A stretch of DNA of 62,724 nt, counting the filler, from Chiloscyllium plagiosum (taxonomy: Eukaryota): assembly GCF_004010195.1 (NCBI RefSeq). It is 5 parts of one record of this genome, joined end to end, with 100 filler letters (N's around TTAATTAATTAA, not from the genome) between each part and the next. Parts side by side here need not be neighbours in the genome. Positions count along the whole stretch, not along the records: positions 47,596 to 52,915 come from NC_057712.1; positions 53,016 to 59,765 come from NC_057712.1; positions 59,866 to 62,724 come from NC_057712.1; 2 more parts are not named here. One strand, written 5' to 3'. The notes beneath the pieces were generated by a model. The model saw only the letters and a list, made by a program, of their open reading frames with translations, ran no database searches and was not told the DNA's origin. Position 1 is the first letter of the stretch. Every line of letters starts with the position of its first letter. The position numbers and the translations under genes are program-made. Of the stretch, positions 47,596 to 60,109 are shown in pieces.

Positions 47596-49135
47596 AGTTT
47601 AATTCACATAAATGCAAGGTGCTGCATTTTGGGAAAGCAAATCTTAGCAGGACTTATACACTTAATGGTAAGGTCCTGGGGAGTGTTGCTGAACAAAGAG
47701 ACCTTGGAGTGCAGGTTCATAGCTCCTTGAAAGTGGAGTTGCAGGTAGATAGGATAGTGAAGAAGGGTTTGGTATGCTTTCCTTTATTGGTCAGAATATT
47801 GAGTACAGGAGTTAGGAGGTCATGTTGCGGCTGTACAGGACATTGGTTAGCCACTGTTGGAATATTGCGTGCAATTCTGGTCTCCTTATTATCAGAAAGA
47901 TGTTGTGAAACTTGAAAGGGTTCAGAAAAGATTTACAAGGATGTTGCCAGGGTTGGAGGATTTGAGCTACAGGGAGAGGTTGAACAGGCTGGGGCTGTTT
48001 TCCCTGGAGCTTCGGAGGCTGAGGGGTGACTTCATAGAGGTTTACAAAATTCTGAGGGGCATGGTTAGGATAAATAGGCAAAGTCTTTTTCCTGGGTTGG
48101 GGAGTTCAGAACTAGAGGGTTTAGGGTGAGAGGGGAAAGATGTAAAAGAGACCTAAGGGGCAACTTTTTCACGCAGAGGGTGGTATGTGTATTGAGTGAG
48201 CTGCCAGAGGATGTGGTGGAGGCTGGTACAATTGCAACATTTAAGAGGCATTTGAATGGGTATATGAATAGGAAGGGTTTGGAAGGATATGGGCCAGGCG
48301 CTGGCAGGTGGGACTAGATTGGGTTGGGATATCTGGTCGGCATGGATGGGTTGGACCTAAGGGTCTGTTTCCATGCTGTACATCTGTATGACTCTGTGAC
48401 TCTAATGGTAAGGTCCTAGGGAGTGTTGCTGAACAAAGAGACCTTGGAGTGCAGGTTCATAGCTCCTTGAAATTTGAGTCGCAGGTAGTTAGGACAGTGA
48501 AGAAAGTGTTTGGTATGCTTTCTTTTATTGGTCAGAGTATTGAGTACAGGAGTTGGGAGGTCATGTTGCGGCTGTACAGGACATTGGTTAGGCCACTGTA
48601 GGAAGATTTGTGTCCTTCCTATCGGAAAGATGATGTGAAATGTGAAAAGGTTCAGAAAAAGATTTACAAGGATGTTACCAGAATTGGAGAATTTGAGCTA
48701 TAAGGAGAGGCTGAACAGGCTGGGGCTGTTTTCCCTGGAGCGTCGGAGGCTGAGGGGTGACCTTATAGAGATTTACAAAATCATGAGGGACATGGATAGG
48801 GTAAATAGACAAAGTCTTTTCCCCTGGGGTGGGGGAGTAAAGAGCTAGAGGGTGTAGGCTTCGGGTGAGAGGAGAAAGATATAATATGGACCTAAGGGAC
48901 AACTTTTTCACGAAGAGAGTGGTACGTGTGTGGAATGAGCTGCCAGAGGAAATGGTGGAGGCTGGTACAACTGCAACATTTAAAAGGCATCTCGATGGGT
49001 ATATGAATAGGAAGGGTTTGGAGGGATGTGGGTTGGGTACTGGTAGGTGGGACTAGATTGGGTTGGGATATCTGGTTGGCATGGATGGGTTGGACTGAAG
49101 GGTCTGTTTCCATGCTGTACATCTCTATGACTGTG
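47596..49135 (+). mobile_element. Two tandem CR1 LINE 3' fragments (47596-48400 and 48401-49135)
   Basis: Each has RDLGVQVHSSLK...LEYCVQFWSP...FKRHL.GYMNRKG and a CTATGACT-type tail; the copies are diverged from each other. Confidence 0.93.
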
Positions 49136-50664
49136 ATGAGTATCTGTTAATTATAACGCAAACCTTTTTAAAACAAATGGCATATGCTGATTAATATCTG
49201 AGGTATGATCTGGAATTAGAACTACATTCCCTTAATGTGAAACACATGCACACAACATATTTGTCTTTGGAGATGATTCTTTTTTAAAAAAAAGGCAAAA
49301 GAAGAAACATTCTTGTAATCAAATGGTTTGAAAACAAAGGATAGAATTTGATGAATGCTCATGGTTCGCGGTGTTTTTTGTTAACAAAATTGAGTTGCTG
49401 AAAGCTACAAGTTGAGGGAAGATCTTCAGTTCAGATGGGAATCAAGAATCTTTAGAGAGGATCCACAGTTCAGCTTTTAGGGATTCACAAGATAGAAGAA
49501 ATTTCTGTGAAAAAAAGCCACAAAAAATAAGCTGGATTTTATTTGATTAACTTGGTTCACATGGCCAGCCTTTTGTTCTTGGAACATTTAAAATGTATGC
49601 ATTCTTCTTCAATTAACTGTAGAAAGCTTTGATAAATTCATTAGTTGATTAGTTGTTTATAACTAAATGATTTTGCTGTTATGAAAACTGACATTTGATT
49701 GATATGCAATATTTCAATTAATTAAATCAGAACTAATGTTCTAATTTGTCTAAGAATGCTAGCTGCTGACAGGTAATACACAACAATAAAACTGTGATTT
49801 TTTTTTAAATCAAAGAAGCACAAACCATGAGTGCATGCATAAATATATCTTATTAGATTGTTTTGTTTTAGTTTTAGGCATGAATGCAACTTTCTAAAGC
49901 TACCTTCCTGAAAACAAAACTTTCAAGACTGGCCTTTGTAGCAACGTTATTTGCTTCACTGATGTGTCTTGTATTGAATCATGCTCAAAATTGTTTAAGC
50001 GTATGGAAGACTTCAATGAACAGTGAAAAATTTAAATGGCATGACACCAACTATTTCAACATTCTATATCTTTTGAAGAAGTGCACAAGTTGTGATTAAT
50101 CTTGTGCAGATTAATTGCACAAGATTTAAAATGAGTTTCAATGGTCCATACAGGTTAGTGGAGACTAAGAATCTATCACTAGTATGACTGGATATGAAAC
50201 TCGAACTTTCTGTTTGTGAACTGCTTGAATTGCAGCTTGATTTTGTTAAGATTTCTTTATTTGCAATTTATTTATTGAATCTTGAAAGGACATTACTCTT
50301 AATATTCAAAGTGATTTGCAATTTTTGTAAAAGTGCAAGATTAATATTCAGATTTGATTTAATATGTTTGATAAATATATCCAAAATATCTTGAGATTCT
50401 TATGCAATGTTTAAAATGGAACACAAGTTCTTCAGTTTAGCTTGTTGAAATAAAAGTTGTCTTTGTGTTGTACTTTAAAGACATTGCCATTTAGTAGTTA
50501 TTATATTTGAAAACAAGGATGGAGTGTGCTTGTTGGGAACTGATGATATGGTTTGGAGCACAAGTAAAGCATAAATGAAGCCAGATTGAAATGCTTAATT
50601 CATGAAATAAACTAAACTAAAAATGGTGACTTTTGTCTCTAATACATTAACACATCTGCAAATA

Positions 50665-50887
50665 CAGTTGTCACCCCGTGTCTGCGGTAGATACCTTCCA
50701 AGACCCACCGTGGAAGCCCAGAACCACTGATAGGAGTGAACCCATTCATTTCAATGGGGGAAATTTACCTTCCTGGCAGCCCCTGGTCCCTGGTTCTTGT
50801 TGGTTCCCTATAATATGTTCGGGCCGCGTTAAACCGCGGGTAACTGAAAGTATGGGAAATGAGTCCACAGATATGGGTGTCATGCTG
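50665..50887. mobile_element. Tigger-like MITE (same family as 5186-5407)
   Basis: TA|CAG...CTG|TA ends; shared core GATAGGAGTGAACC...CATTTCAATGGG.AAATTTACCTTCC.GGCAGCCCC. Confidence 0.78.
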
Positions 50888-51084
50888 TAAAATACTTGCT
50901 AATTCTATCTACTGACTATCTCTTTTATCTCCATGATGAATTTTGGCAGAACAAAATCTGTGGGATTTAAATGCAAGGAAGGATTAATTCACAAATTTTA
51001 GATTTCACAACTCAATTTTCCATTTTAGAAACAATTGTGATGCCCTTGTAGTTTGTTGCTGCCATCCTAGAATTTGAGCCTAAG

Positions 51085-52130
51085 AGCAAGTTGCTCCACT
51101 GTTTGATCCAATCATGATTGATCTCAGCTCGGCCTTAAATACACTTTCCTGCTCAATCTCCATAACCCTTTTAATCCATTACTATTTAAGAATCTGTTTA
51201 TCTCGTCCTCAAATTTACTCATCTACCACACTCTGCAGCCCTTTGAAAGAAGTAATTCCTCCTCATTAATACAGGATAATTTCTGTTATCATCAGCCAAA
51301 ACTATGCAATCTCATTCTAGATTTGCCTAATGTGTGGAAATATCCTTTTTAAATCTACTTTGTCAATCCCTTTAGAAGAATGAGAGGACATTCAATTGAG
51401 GTATATAAACTCCAGAGAGTACAGCCCTAAACTGCTCAATTTCTCTACATAAGGCAAACTCCTCATCTCTGGAATTTCTTGTGAACCTCCTATGAACTGC
51501 CTCCAGTACAATTAACTCCGTCTTCAAATAAGGGAACCAAAATTGTACTCCATATTTCAGGTATTTTTTCAATAATGCCTTGAACAGCTTAAACAACATT
51601 TCTCTACCTTAATTCTCTATTACTTTAGCAACAAATGCCAAAATTCTATTTGTCATCCTTATCATACGCTTTACCTGCATACTAGTTTTCCATGATTCAT
51701 GCGTGAGGACTTCCAGATCCCTCTGCACTGAAGTACTCTAGAGTTTCACTCCATTTAGATAATAACCTAGTAGTGTGTTTGACCAAGATGGATGAGACGA
51801 ATATTAAACTGACAACCAGTTTTCTCTCTGTTCACAATCATGGGCAATATATAACTATGGAAAAATTAGATACGGTAATTAGGAGCAGGTATGGGCTATT
51901 CTGCCCTTTGGGACTACTCTACCTTCAGCACAGTCATGGCTGATCCTGCACCTGAATGTCAAATTCCTGCTTTCACCCCATATCTCTTGATGCCTTTATT
52001 ATCGAGAAATTTATCAATATCTTTCTTGAATATATTCAGTTACTTGGCCGTCATAGCCTTCTGTGGAAGACTACCTCTTGTAGTGAAGAAATATTCCTCA
52101 TGTCAGTCCTAAATGATCTATCCCATGCCC
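51085..52130 (-). mobile_element. Two decayed CR1 3' fragments
   Basis: YGVQFWFPYLKTELIVLEAVHRRFTR; second 3' end at ~51870-52130. Confidence 0.7.
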
Positions 52131-52141
52131 TTGACTATTAT

Positions 52142-52340
52142 AACAAAAACAGAAATTGTTGGAAAAGTTCAGCAGGTCTTGCAGCATCTGTAAAGAGAAA
52201 TCAGCGTTGATGTTTCAGGTTGAGTTACCCTTCCTCAGAACTGATGGTAGCTAGGAAAATTTGTCAGTTTATATAGAACATGATGGAGGGGAGGAGGTAA
52301 AGACTAAATGATGGAGATAGAGTCTGAAGAGAGAGAAGAA
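52142..52340 (-). mobile_element. PLE terminal fragment with decayed hammerhead motif
   Basis: Minus strand CTGAGGAAGGGTAACTCAACCTGAAACATC...CAGATGCTGCAAGACCTGCTGAAC. Confidence 0.65.
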
Positions 52341-52349
52341 CTCCAACAG

Positions 52350-52764
52350 TAATTAGGAGTAGTAGGAGGAGCCGTGAAATGACCTTGGCAAGTCGTGTTA
52401 AAGAGAATCCCAAAGCATTCTATCGATACATTAAAAATAAGGTGATAACTAGGGAGAAGGTAGGACCTTTCAAGGATAAAGGCAGGAACTTGTGCTTTGA
52501 GGCAGAGAATTTGGATACTGAACTGGCTCAAAGGTAGAAGATAGAGGCTGGTGGTGGAGGATTTGTTTTTTCAGACTGGAGGCCTGTGACCAGTGGAGTG
52601 CCACAAGGATCGGTGCTGAGTCCACTACTTTTCATTATTTATATAAATGATTTGGATGTGAGCATAAGAGGTATAGTTAGTAACTTTTCAGATGACACCA
52701 AAATTGAAGGTGTATTGGATAGCGAAGATTACCTCAGATTACAATGGGATCTTGCTCAGATGAG
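52350..52764 (+). mobile_element. CR1 LINE internal fragment
   Basis: KENPKAFYRY and [23 protein letters not shown]...DDTK. Confidence 0.88.
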
Positions 52765-52915
52765 GTAAAAACAATGACTGCAGATGCTGGAAACCAGATT
52801 CTGGATTAGTGGTGCTGGAAGAGCACAGCAATTCAGGCAGCATCCGAGGACAGGCAAAAAATCGACGTTTCGGGCAAAAGCCCTTCATCAGGAATAAAGG
52901 CAGAGAGCCTGAAGC
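52765..52915 (-). mobile_element. Young PLE terminal repeat with intact hammerhead core (52862-52893), cut by the gap
   Basis: Same family as 17774-18261; CTGATGAAGGGCTTTTGCCCGAAACGTC on the minus strand. Confidence 0.82.
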
Positions 52916-53015
52916 NNNNNNNNNNNNNNNNNNNNNNNNNNNNNNNNNNNNNNNNNNNNTTAATTAATTAANNNNNNNNNNNNNNNNNNNNNNNNNNNNN
53001 NNNNNNNNNNNNNNN
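52916..53015. other. Artificial gap/linker
   Basis: 44N-TTAATTAATTAA-44N. Confidence 0.95.
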
Positions 53016-53322
53016 ATTTTCCAGCCATCTCTTTTCCTGAGAACATCTGTCCCCAGTCTGCTTCTGAAAGTTCTTGCCTCATACCGTCAAAATTGGCCTT
53101 TCTCCAATTTAGAACTTCAACTTTTAGATCTGGTCTATCCTTTTCCATCACTATTTTAAACGAATAGAATTATGGTCGCTGGCCCCAAAGTGCTCCCTCA
53201 CTGACACCTCAGTCACCTGCCCTGCCTTATTTCCCAAGAGTAGGTCAAGTTTTGCACCTTCTCTAGTAGGTACATCCACATACTGAATCAGAAAATTGCC
53301 TTGTACACACTTAAGAAATTCC
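53016..53322 (-). mobile_element. CR1 ORF2 endonuclease-region fragment
   Basis: LGASDHNSI and LNWRKANFDGMRQELSEADW motifs. Confidence 0.85.
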
Positions 53323-53399
53323 TCGTGGAGCTAAGAACTGTGTGGATCTGTTTCCCAAACATGGGAAGTAATGTCAGGGTAAAATGTCAGAAGGAGAAG

Positions 53400-55000
53400 C
53401 TTGAGATTTATCAAAGCTATCTGTAAATCTTGGCATGTCATTTTAACAGATACTGATCATGGATTCACGGTGTGAATTGTTGGACTGAAGTTGCTGAGGA
53501 GAAGAGGTAATATGTGCATACCCTACTTCTTCAGCATGTTTAGGAAGGCGCACTGTGTACTGTGAACCATTGCAGGACACCATTTGTTGAGTTACATGAA
53601 AATACTGGACATGGTAGTTAATGTGTCAACAACACCACACAGATGGTACTTTTGATTTGTTGCACAAAGTAAATCTTCTGAAATAGTGAGCCCACCAGAA
53701 CCTAATTGTGTCCCGGACATGGAAATATATCGGTGACAATCTGCCACCATAGCTCAGAATGAATCTTGTGAGGAAGGGAAGATATGATAGATTGTTGTGG
53801 TTGATGGAACTGACATGTTTGACATGACGGAATGAATTGATTAATGACTTGATTAATCTTGGATATTGTTGACATGCCAGCATGCCATGGGGGTGTAACT
53901 GTCGAAGTTTCTTTAATATTGTTCCTTTGTTGGCTTCTTGCTTCTTCACATTAATTGTGGAGCATTATGCTATAGTTTGGATATTTCTTGGCAATTGGAT
54001 TGCTTATACATTTTAGCTTAATTTTCTCTTGAGAACATTTCTTGCATTTGTCATGAAAGGCCGGATGCTGTGTGTCGAGTGAGAAGAGCCATATTTCATG
54101 CAAGAGTTGAATATTCCGCTGAATCTGCAGACAGCTGCAGTAGCTGTTCTAGAGTTAAGCACATGCACAATCTGCTGAACTCCTTTGGTTTGTTGAGAAA
54201 TGCCTTTTAGAAAGATTTGACTGGCATAGAGACAATTACCCAAGCCGTAAGCCTTTAAGTCAAGTTAGCTTTGATGAAATAGCAGTCTGTACCTTTGTGT
54301 CAGCATCTACCTGTGAATCAGTCAGTTGTGTAATGTCATATTCCTAGAGTTTGCAATGTTAGAGTATGTAAGTTGCAGATTTTTTTTACTAATGAAGCCA
54401 TGCTGGCATTCCAGACTGAAGTTCAGTTCCAACAGCTGGTCGATCAGTTCTCCTGAACATGCAAGCTGTTTGAACTGACAGACTGACAATCAGTCTGAAG
54501 AAGGGCCTGTGCCCGAAACGTCGAATCTCCTGTTCCCTGGATGCTGCCTGACCTGCTGTGCTGTTCCAGCAATAAAGTTTCAACAACAGACTGACAATCA
54601 GTGTCAGGATGACTAACGTCATGTACCAGGTACAGAGATTACATCAACATGGGCCACCACACTCAGGGCAGCATCCCATACCTTAGATCAACAACAAGCA
54701 GCAACCTGCATTTTCCTGCTAATGATGGCATCGAGTGAGCCAAGGCACATGCCATGACAGTGTAATTGGCTTCTGCTGTGCGTTTGTAGATTCTTCTTGT
54801 GACATACACAAGGTGAGTAAGCCTTTGGATTAAAATCAGAATATCCACCTCAAAGGCAGCGCTTTCATTTATAAGTCAGAGTTAGTGCTTTAGTCTCGCT
54901 TTAGGCAGCCTGGAAGGTACCGACTCAAACATAATCATCTCTTTCTGCACTGTGCTTTTCTTTGATATCAGAGTAAAACCATAGAAGGCTCAAGTTCGAT
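53400..55000 (-). mobile_element. Highly decayed Gypsy LTR-retrotransposon pol (RT-RNaseH-integrase)
   Basis: 53461-53580 translates to VSCNGSQYT...EEVGYAHITSSPQQLQSNN, matching the integrase motif VSDNGPQF...G..HITSSP.YPQSNG. Upstream similarity is weaker and the boundaries are approximate. Confidence 0.7.
54495..54585 (+). mobile_element. 91-bp PLE insertion starting at a hammerhead core, 17-bp TSD
   Basis: ACAGACTGACAATCAGT at 54478-54494 and 54586-54602; the insert begins CTGAAGAAGGGCCTGTGCCCGAAACGTC. Confidence 0.88.
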
Positions 55001-55553
55001 AAATAGCCTAGTTTCTGTGGGTTGGATTAGATTAATATCTCCTTCAACACTATCTCCAATACTCCTTCTGTACATTAACACAGATCATGTTTCTGAGAAG
55101 GTTTGCAGAATGTTTGTAATAAAGGGTTGGCAATAATTGTGGCTGACTTTAATCTGCGTAGAAATTGGTGATTAAAAAAAGACATACTGGCAATTATAGC
55201 CTGGATGAGGAGTTTATAGGATGTTTTCAATATGGTTTCATACAGCAGCACATTCTGAACCTAACCAGAGAGTACGTTATCTTTGTGTAATGTGAAAAAA
55301 TCAAATTAATGACACCAGAGTAAAGATACTCATGTTTAGTAGCAAAGACAAGATGGTTGACTTTTACACCCAGTTCGAAAAGGAGCAGATTCAGGCTGAG
55401 GCTAGTGTTTTAAAACTTACTAAGGACAACTGTATGGGCATAACAGCTGAGCCAGCTGAAGGATCTGGTACACTAGGCTAGAAGGTGGATCAATAGCGTT
55501 ATGGACTAAGGCCTGACCCCTCAAAACATTTTTAAGCAGGTTGCCCAGGCTGT

Positions 55554-55834
55554 GGGCGGCATGGTAGCACAGTGGTTAGCACTGCTGTCTCACAGCGCCA
55601 GAGACCTGGGTTCAATTCCTACCTCAGGCAACTGTTTGTGTGGAGTTTGTACTTTCTCCCCGTGTCTGCGTGGGTTTCCTCCCACAGTCCAAAAATGTGT
55701 AGATTCGGTGAATTGTCCATGCTAAATTGCCTGTCGTGTTAGCTGTAGGGGAATGGGTCTGGGTGAGTTGCTCTTTGGAGGGCCAGTGTAGATTTGCTGG
55801 GCCGAAGGACCTGTTCCCACATTGTAAGAATCTA
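55554..55834 (+). mobile_element. HE1-type V-SINE
   Basis: A-box, B-box GGTTCAATTCC, V-domain. Confidence 0.9.
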
Positions 55835-56017
55835 AAGAAAATAACTTTGCTATTTGTTTTTGATAAGTGTACAGTGGAAAATCCCAGAGTGAATTAGCTG
55901 ATCTAACTGCCAAGTTTTAAATAAACATATTATTCCCAAATAATGGAACGAAACTCAAAGAACAGGAAATAGAATATCCTGTCCAAACCCAACACACTAT
56001 CCCTGACTTAATGATAC

Positions 56018-56202
56018 TAGATTACATTACATTACAGTGTGGAAACAGGCCCTTCGCCCCAACAAGTCCACACCGACCCGCCGAAGCACAACCCACCCAT
56101 ATCCCTACATTTACCCCTTCACCTAACACTACGGGCAATTTAGCATGGCCAATTCACCTGACCCTGCACATCTTTGGACTGTGGGAGGAAACCGGAGCAC
56201 CC
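56018..56202 (-). mobile_element. HE1-type V-SINE, 5'-truncated
   Basis: Reverse complement of 26690-26880. Confidence 0.9.
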
Positions 56203-57787
56203 GGTTCCAAAGATACTCCCAACAATCCCCTGAAACAGACTCCCTTCGTACAAAGATTAAAAATGACACAAGTTACATGTTTCAAGTCAGAGGAGAGAGT
56301 ACAGAGTCCTTTTTCACACATCCTCTGCTGCAATCAACTCTAATCTAAACGAAGGCTAGCTACACAGCTAGCTGGCCACTCCCCTTTGATTATACCTTTT
56401 CTTAAGACATGAAAGGCTTAGGTTGGAGGCATTATCTGTTAGGGGGCAACAAAAAGGCCCCAGTGAACCATTCAAACTCCAGACGTAATGGAACCTTGCG
56501 TCATTTAGAATCTCTCTGAAAAAAACCAAGGACAATCTAACCTCGTCAAAGGAACAGGTTCGTCACAATAGAGTGGCAAATATTTGAGGGATAGTTCAGA
56601 ATATCAGAATATTCCTACTTTAAAGGGAGGATCCACCATCTGTAGTTAACTAACTACATAGGGAATGCATCAAATGTAAGGGAAAACATATAACTGAATA
56701 AAGGTGAGTGAGTGGCAGATCAGGTGATTGGTCTGAATATTAAGAAAAGCAGAGAATGACTGAATGGTTAATCAGTCTGAAGAAATTAAAATGTGACAGG
56801 AATCTAGCTCAAAATGTAAAAAAAAAATGAGAGGAGAGAGATTTAAAAAAGAAATAAGAAGGATTTTGTTTTAAAACAGAGGGATATTCGAGTGTGGAAT
56901 GAACTCCCTCAGGAAGTGGTGAATGTGGATACAATTACGTTTAAAAGACATTTGGATAAGTACATGAATAGGAAAGTAGATGAATAGGAAAGTACATGAA
57001 TAGGAAAGGTTTGGAAGGATATGGGCCAGGAGCAGGCAGGTGGGACTAGTTTAGTTTCGGATTATGTTCAGCATGTTCAAGTTGGACTGAAGGGTCTGTT
57101 TCCACGCTATATAACTCTATGATTATGACTCTATACAAGTTTCTATCGATGCTTAGAAAGAAAAAGAGTTTATAAAGTGACAATTGCCCCCCCCCAGAGA
57201 GGGAGACAGATGACAGATAACAAAAAAATTGCAGGTGAGGTGATGCAAAAACGAAACGTATCAATAACAGCTATCAACCAGAAATTAGAAGGGTTGGAGG
57301 AATTTAGCAAAATTGCAACCACCAGAAAAATGTCCCTAAGTAAACCTGTCAGCTGACACATTTCTGGGTCTAGATATACTTCATCCAAGGTCTTTAGAGA
57401 ACAACTCATGAGGTAGTGGATACATTGCTCTTAATGCTCGAAAATTCTTTTGATTCTGCAAAGGTTGCATCAGATGGAGGCTAGACACAGGAAACAGGAA
57501 ATTGCAGGTCAATTCGCTGAATGAAAATGATGGTCAAGTTGTTAGAATTTTATGCTCCAATGCGACTCTTCCTGTTGTAACACAATTACTTCCGGTGAGA
57601 TGGTGGTGGAGTGGGGTTTTGGAGCATGGGACTCAATCCACTCATGTCCATTTTTCTTTAGTTTTCATTTTTTTTCTTCTTCTCTCTTTTTGTTCTTGTT
57701 TATTTTATTTACCTCTTGTTGAAGAGCTCAATTGTGGCAATAGCATTGGCGACAGTGAATGAGCTCACAGGTTGGGCCCAGTGAAGA

Positions 57788-58006
57788 GCTGAAAATGTGT
57801 TGCTGGAAAAGCGCAGCACGTCAGGCAGCATCCAGGGAACAGGAGAATTGATGTTTCGGGCATAAGCCCTTCTTCAGGATTCCTGATGAAGGGCTTATGC
57901 CCGAAACGTCGATTCTCCTGCTCCTTGGATGCTGCCTGACCTGCCGCGCTTTTCCAGCAACACATTTTCAGCTCTGATCTCCAGCATCTGCAGTCCTCAC
58001 TTTCTC
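57788..58006. mobile_element. Palindromic mini-PLE with 11-bp TSD CCCAGTGAAGA, inserted in the first minisatellite unit
   Basis: Inverted arms of about 90 bp centred on CAGGATTCCTG (~57880); TSD at 57777-57787 and 58007-58017. Confidence 0.88.
57881..57912 (+). ncRNA. Minimal hammerhead motif (C3-G8), weak stem I
   Basis: UC-CUGAUGA-A-GGGC(UUAU)GCCC-GAAA-C-GUC^GA. Confidence 0.6.
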
Positions 58007-58672
58007 CCCAGTGAAGACTCAAGTGGGCCCATCGCGGACTCGACTGGGCCCAGCATGATCTCGAGTGGGCCCAGCATGATCTCAACTGGGCCCAGCGCGG
58101 ACTCGAGTGGGCCCAGCATGATCTCGAGTGGGCCCAGCATGATCTCAACTGGGCCCAGCGCGGACTCGAGTGGGCCCAGCGTAGACTCGAGTGGGCCCAG
58201 TGTAGAATCAAGTGGGCCCAGTACGGAGTCGGGTGCGCACAGCATGATCTCAAGTGGGCCCAGCGTAGACTCGAGTGGGCCCAGCATGATCTTGAGTCGG
58301 CCCAGCGTAGACTCGAGTGGGCCCAGCATGATCTCGAGTGGGCACAGCATGATCTCAAGTGGGCCCAGTGTAGACTTGAGTGGGCCCAGCACGGACTCGA
58401 GTGGGCCCAGCACGGACTCGAGTGGGCACAGCATGATCCCGAGTGGGCTCAGCACGGACTCGAGTGGGCCCAGCATGATCTCAAGTGGGCCCAGTGTAGA
58501 CTCGAGTGGGCCCAGCATGATCTTGAGTCAGCCCAGTGTAGACTCGAGTGGGCCCAGTGTAGACTCGAGTGGGCCCAATGTGGTCTTGAGTGGGCTCAGC
58601 GTGGTCTCACTTGGGCCCAGCGTGTTATCGAATGGACCCAGCGTGTTATCAAGTGGACCCAGTGCAGTCTCG
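58007..58672. repeat. 21-bp GC-rich minisatellite (~31 units)
   Basis: Unit CTCGAGTGGGCCCAGC(ATGAT/GTAGA/ACGGA). Confidence 0.95.
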
Positions 58673-59765
58673 AGACTGTGGACTCCACACTACATTCAGC
58701 TGATCCCACATGGAGTCCAATCAACATTCAGGCCATCACAATTTGGACTTGATCACGACAACCACTACCTACAACAAATCTAAAGCCTCCAGAAATGTTT
58801 CTCCCTCCGGATACTCCACTCCACACTCGCAGCCATGCGCTGCCACCTAGTCTCCCTGCAGTCAGCCCTGCCCCAGCTCAGGGCCACACCCTCCTAGACA
58901 TGCAAAGGACCTCTACTGTTCTTCATCCTATGAAGAATCCACACACTCAACAACTGCTTTTCCTCCAGCACATCGGACATTAAGGAATGTAATTACACCA
59001 AACTTTCATATACTTACCTCCAAACGTGGGATGCATCGGTCATCCCAGAACCTTCTCCCAGCCCCTGGAAATGCTCGGATGCCATTGACCACACAGCCAC
59101 TCCAGTCACCACCACGATAAACGATGACATCACTTCCACCCCTGCCACCCCACAGACCGAAGCCACCACCGACTATACCACCTCCGCGATTGCCACAAAG
59201 ACAACCGCCTCCACGACCACCACAAGAACCACCACCACTGAAACCACTGGGAGGTCTACCCGACACATCACTTCTGCCCCCATAGTTGCCACCATGTCAT
59301 CCACTTCTGCCCCCATCAATACCACTCACCGGAACACCGCCAATGAACATGCAGTCACTGCCAAAGACATCATGAAATTCATATGGAAAGTCACTTCCAC
59401 CCCTGGGAATTCCACTGAAGGCACTGCTCCCACCCCCATTGTGTCTGTCCCATCCATTGCTGATGTCACCCATGATACCATAACCACACCCACTCTACAG
59501 ACAGTAGAGTCTCAAGTGGGCCCAGTGTAGACTTGAGATCATGCCCACTCCAAACTCCAGCCCCACACCAGGTACTAACTCCCAACCCTGTCATGTTTTT
59601 ACCATCCCCCCCCCCCCCCCCCAGACCTCCCCCTCACTGAGGATGAACACTCAGTCCTCAGTAAAGGCCTCACCTTCATCCCACTACACTCCTGGATCAA
59701 TGAATTCCACACACATTGCAACATTGACCTTTTGTTCTGCCACCTCTGGGCTTACGTTTTCCCTC
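58672..59765 (+). mobile_element. Decayed PLE ORF 5' region
   Basis: LIPHGVQSTFRPSQFG..., then a Thr/Pro-rich linker, then PCHVFTIP(P)DLPLTEDEHSVLSKGLTFIPL (LSKGL.F.P motif of PLE ORFs). Confidence 0.75.
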
Positions 59766-59865
59766 NNNNNNNNNNNNNNNNNNNNNNNNNNNNNNNNNNN
59801 NNNNNNNNNTTAATTAATTAANNNNNNNNNNNNNNNNNNNNNNNNNNNNNNNNNNNNNNNNNNNN
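59766..59865. other. Artificial gap/linker
   Basis: 44N-TTAATTAATTAA-44N. Confidence 0.95.
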
Positions 59866-60105
59866 ACCCACCCATACCCCTACATTTACCCCTGCACCTA
59901 ACACTACAGCCAATTTAGTGTGGCCAATTCACCTAACCTGCACATTTTTGGAGTGTGGGAGGAAACCGGAGCACCCGGAGGAAACCCACGCAGACACGGG
60001 GAGAATGTGCTAACTCCACACAGTCAGTCGCCTGAGGCGGGAATTGAACCCGGGTCTCTGGCGCTGTGAGGCAGCAGTGTTAACCACTGTGCCACCATGC
60101 CGCCC
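59866..60105 (-). mobile_element. HE1-type V-SINE (3' end lost in the gap)
   Basis: Reverse complement of 26568-26805. Confidence 0.92.
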
Positions 60106-60109
60106 ACAA

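Larger units (their letters stand above)
55100..57560 (+). mobile_element. Old CR1 remnant interrupted by a probable solo LTR (55498-56567), two SINEs and a younger CR1 3' end (56825-57132)
   Basis: Decayed CR1 endonuclease-type text at 55130-55500; a CR1 3' end (WNELPQEVV...TFKRHLDKYMNRK) at 56880-57130; the LTR-like segment ends GTCACA. Confidence 0.55.

Noticed and set aside
56960..57010. Triple 16-bp repeat TACATGAATAGGAAAG; also a ~23-bp doublet at ~44065-44110 and an AT-rich insert at ~42755-42830
   Set aside because: Ordinary slippage duplications with no sign of function.
57929..58783. 284-aa Ser/Gly/Pro mucin-like ORF
   Set aside because: It starts inside a PLE insert, runs through a 21-bp minisatellite that is open on both strands, and ends in another PLE remnant.
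59000..59500. Thr/Pro-rich mucin-like stretch
   Set aside because: Lies between two recognisable parts of a PLE ORF and is broken by frameshifts; it is the element's low-complexity linker.
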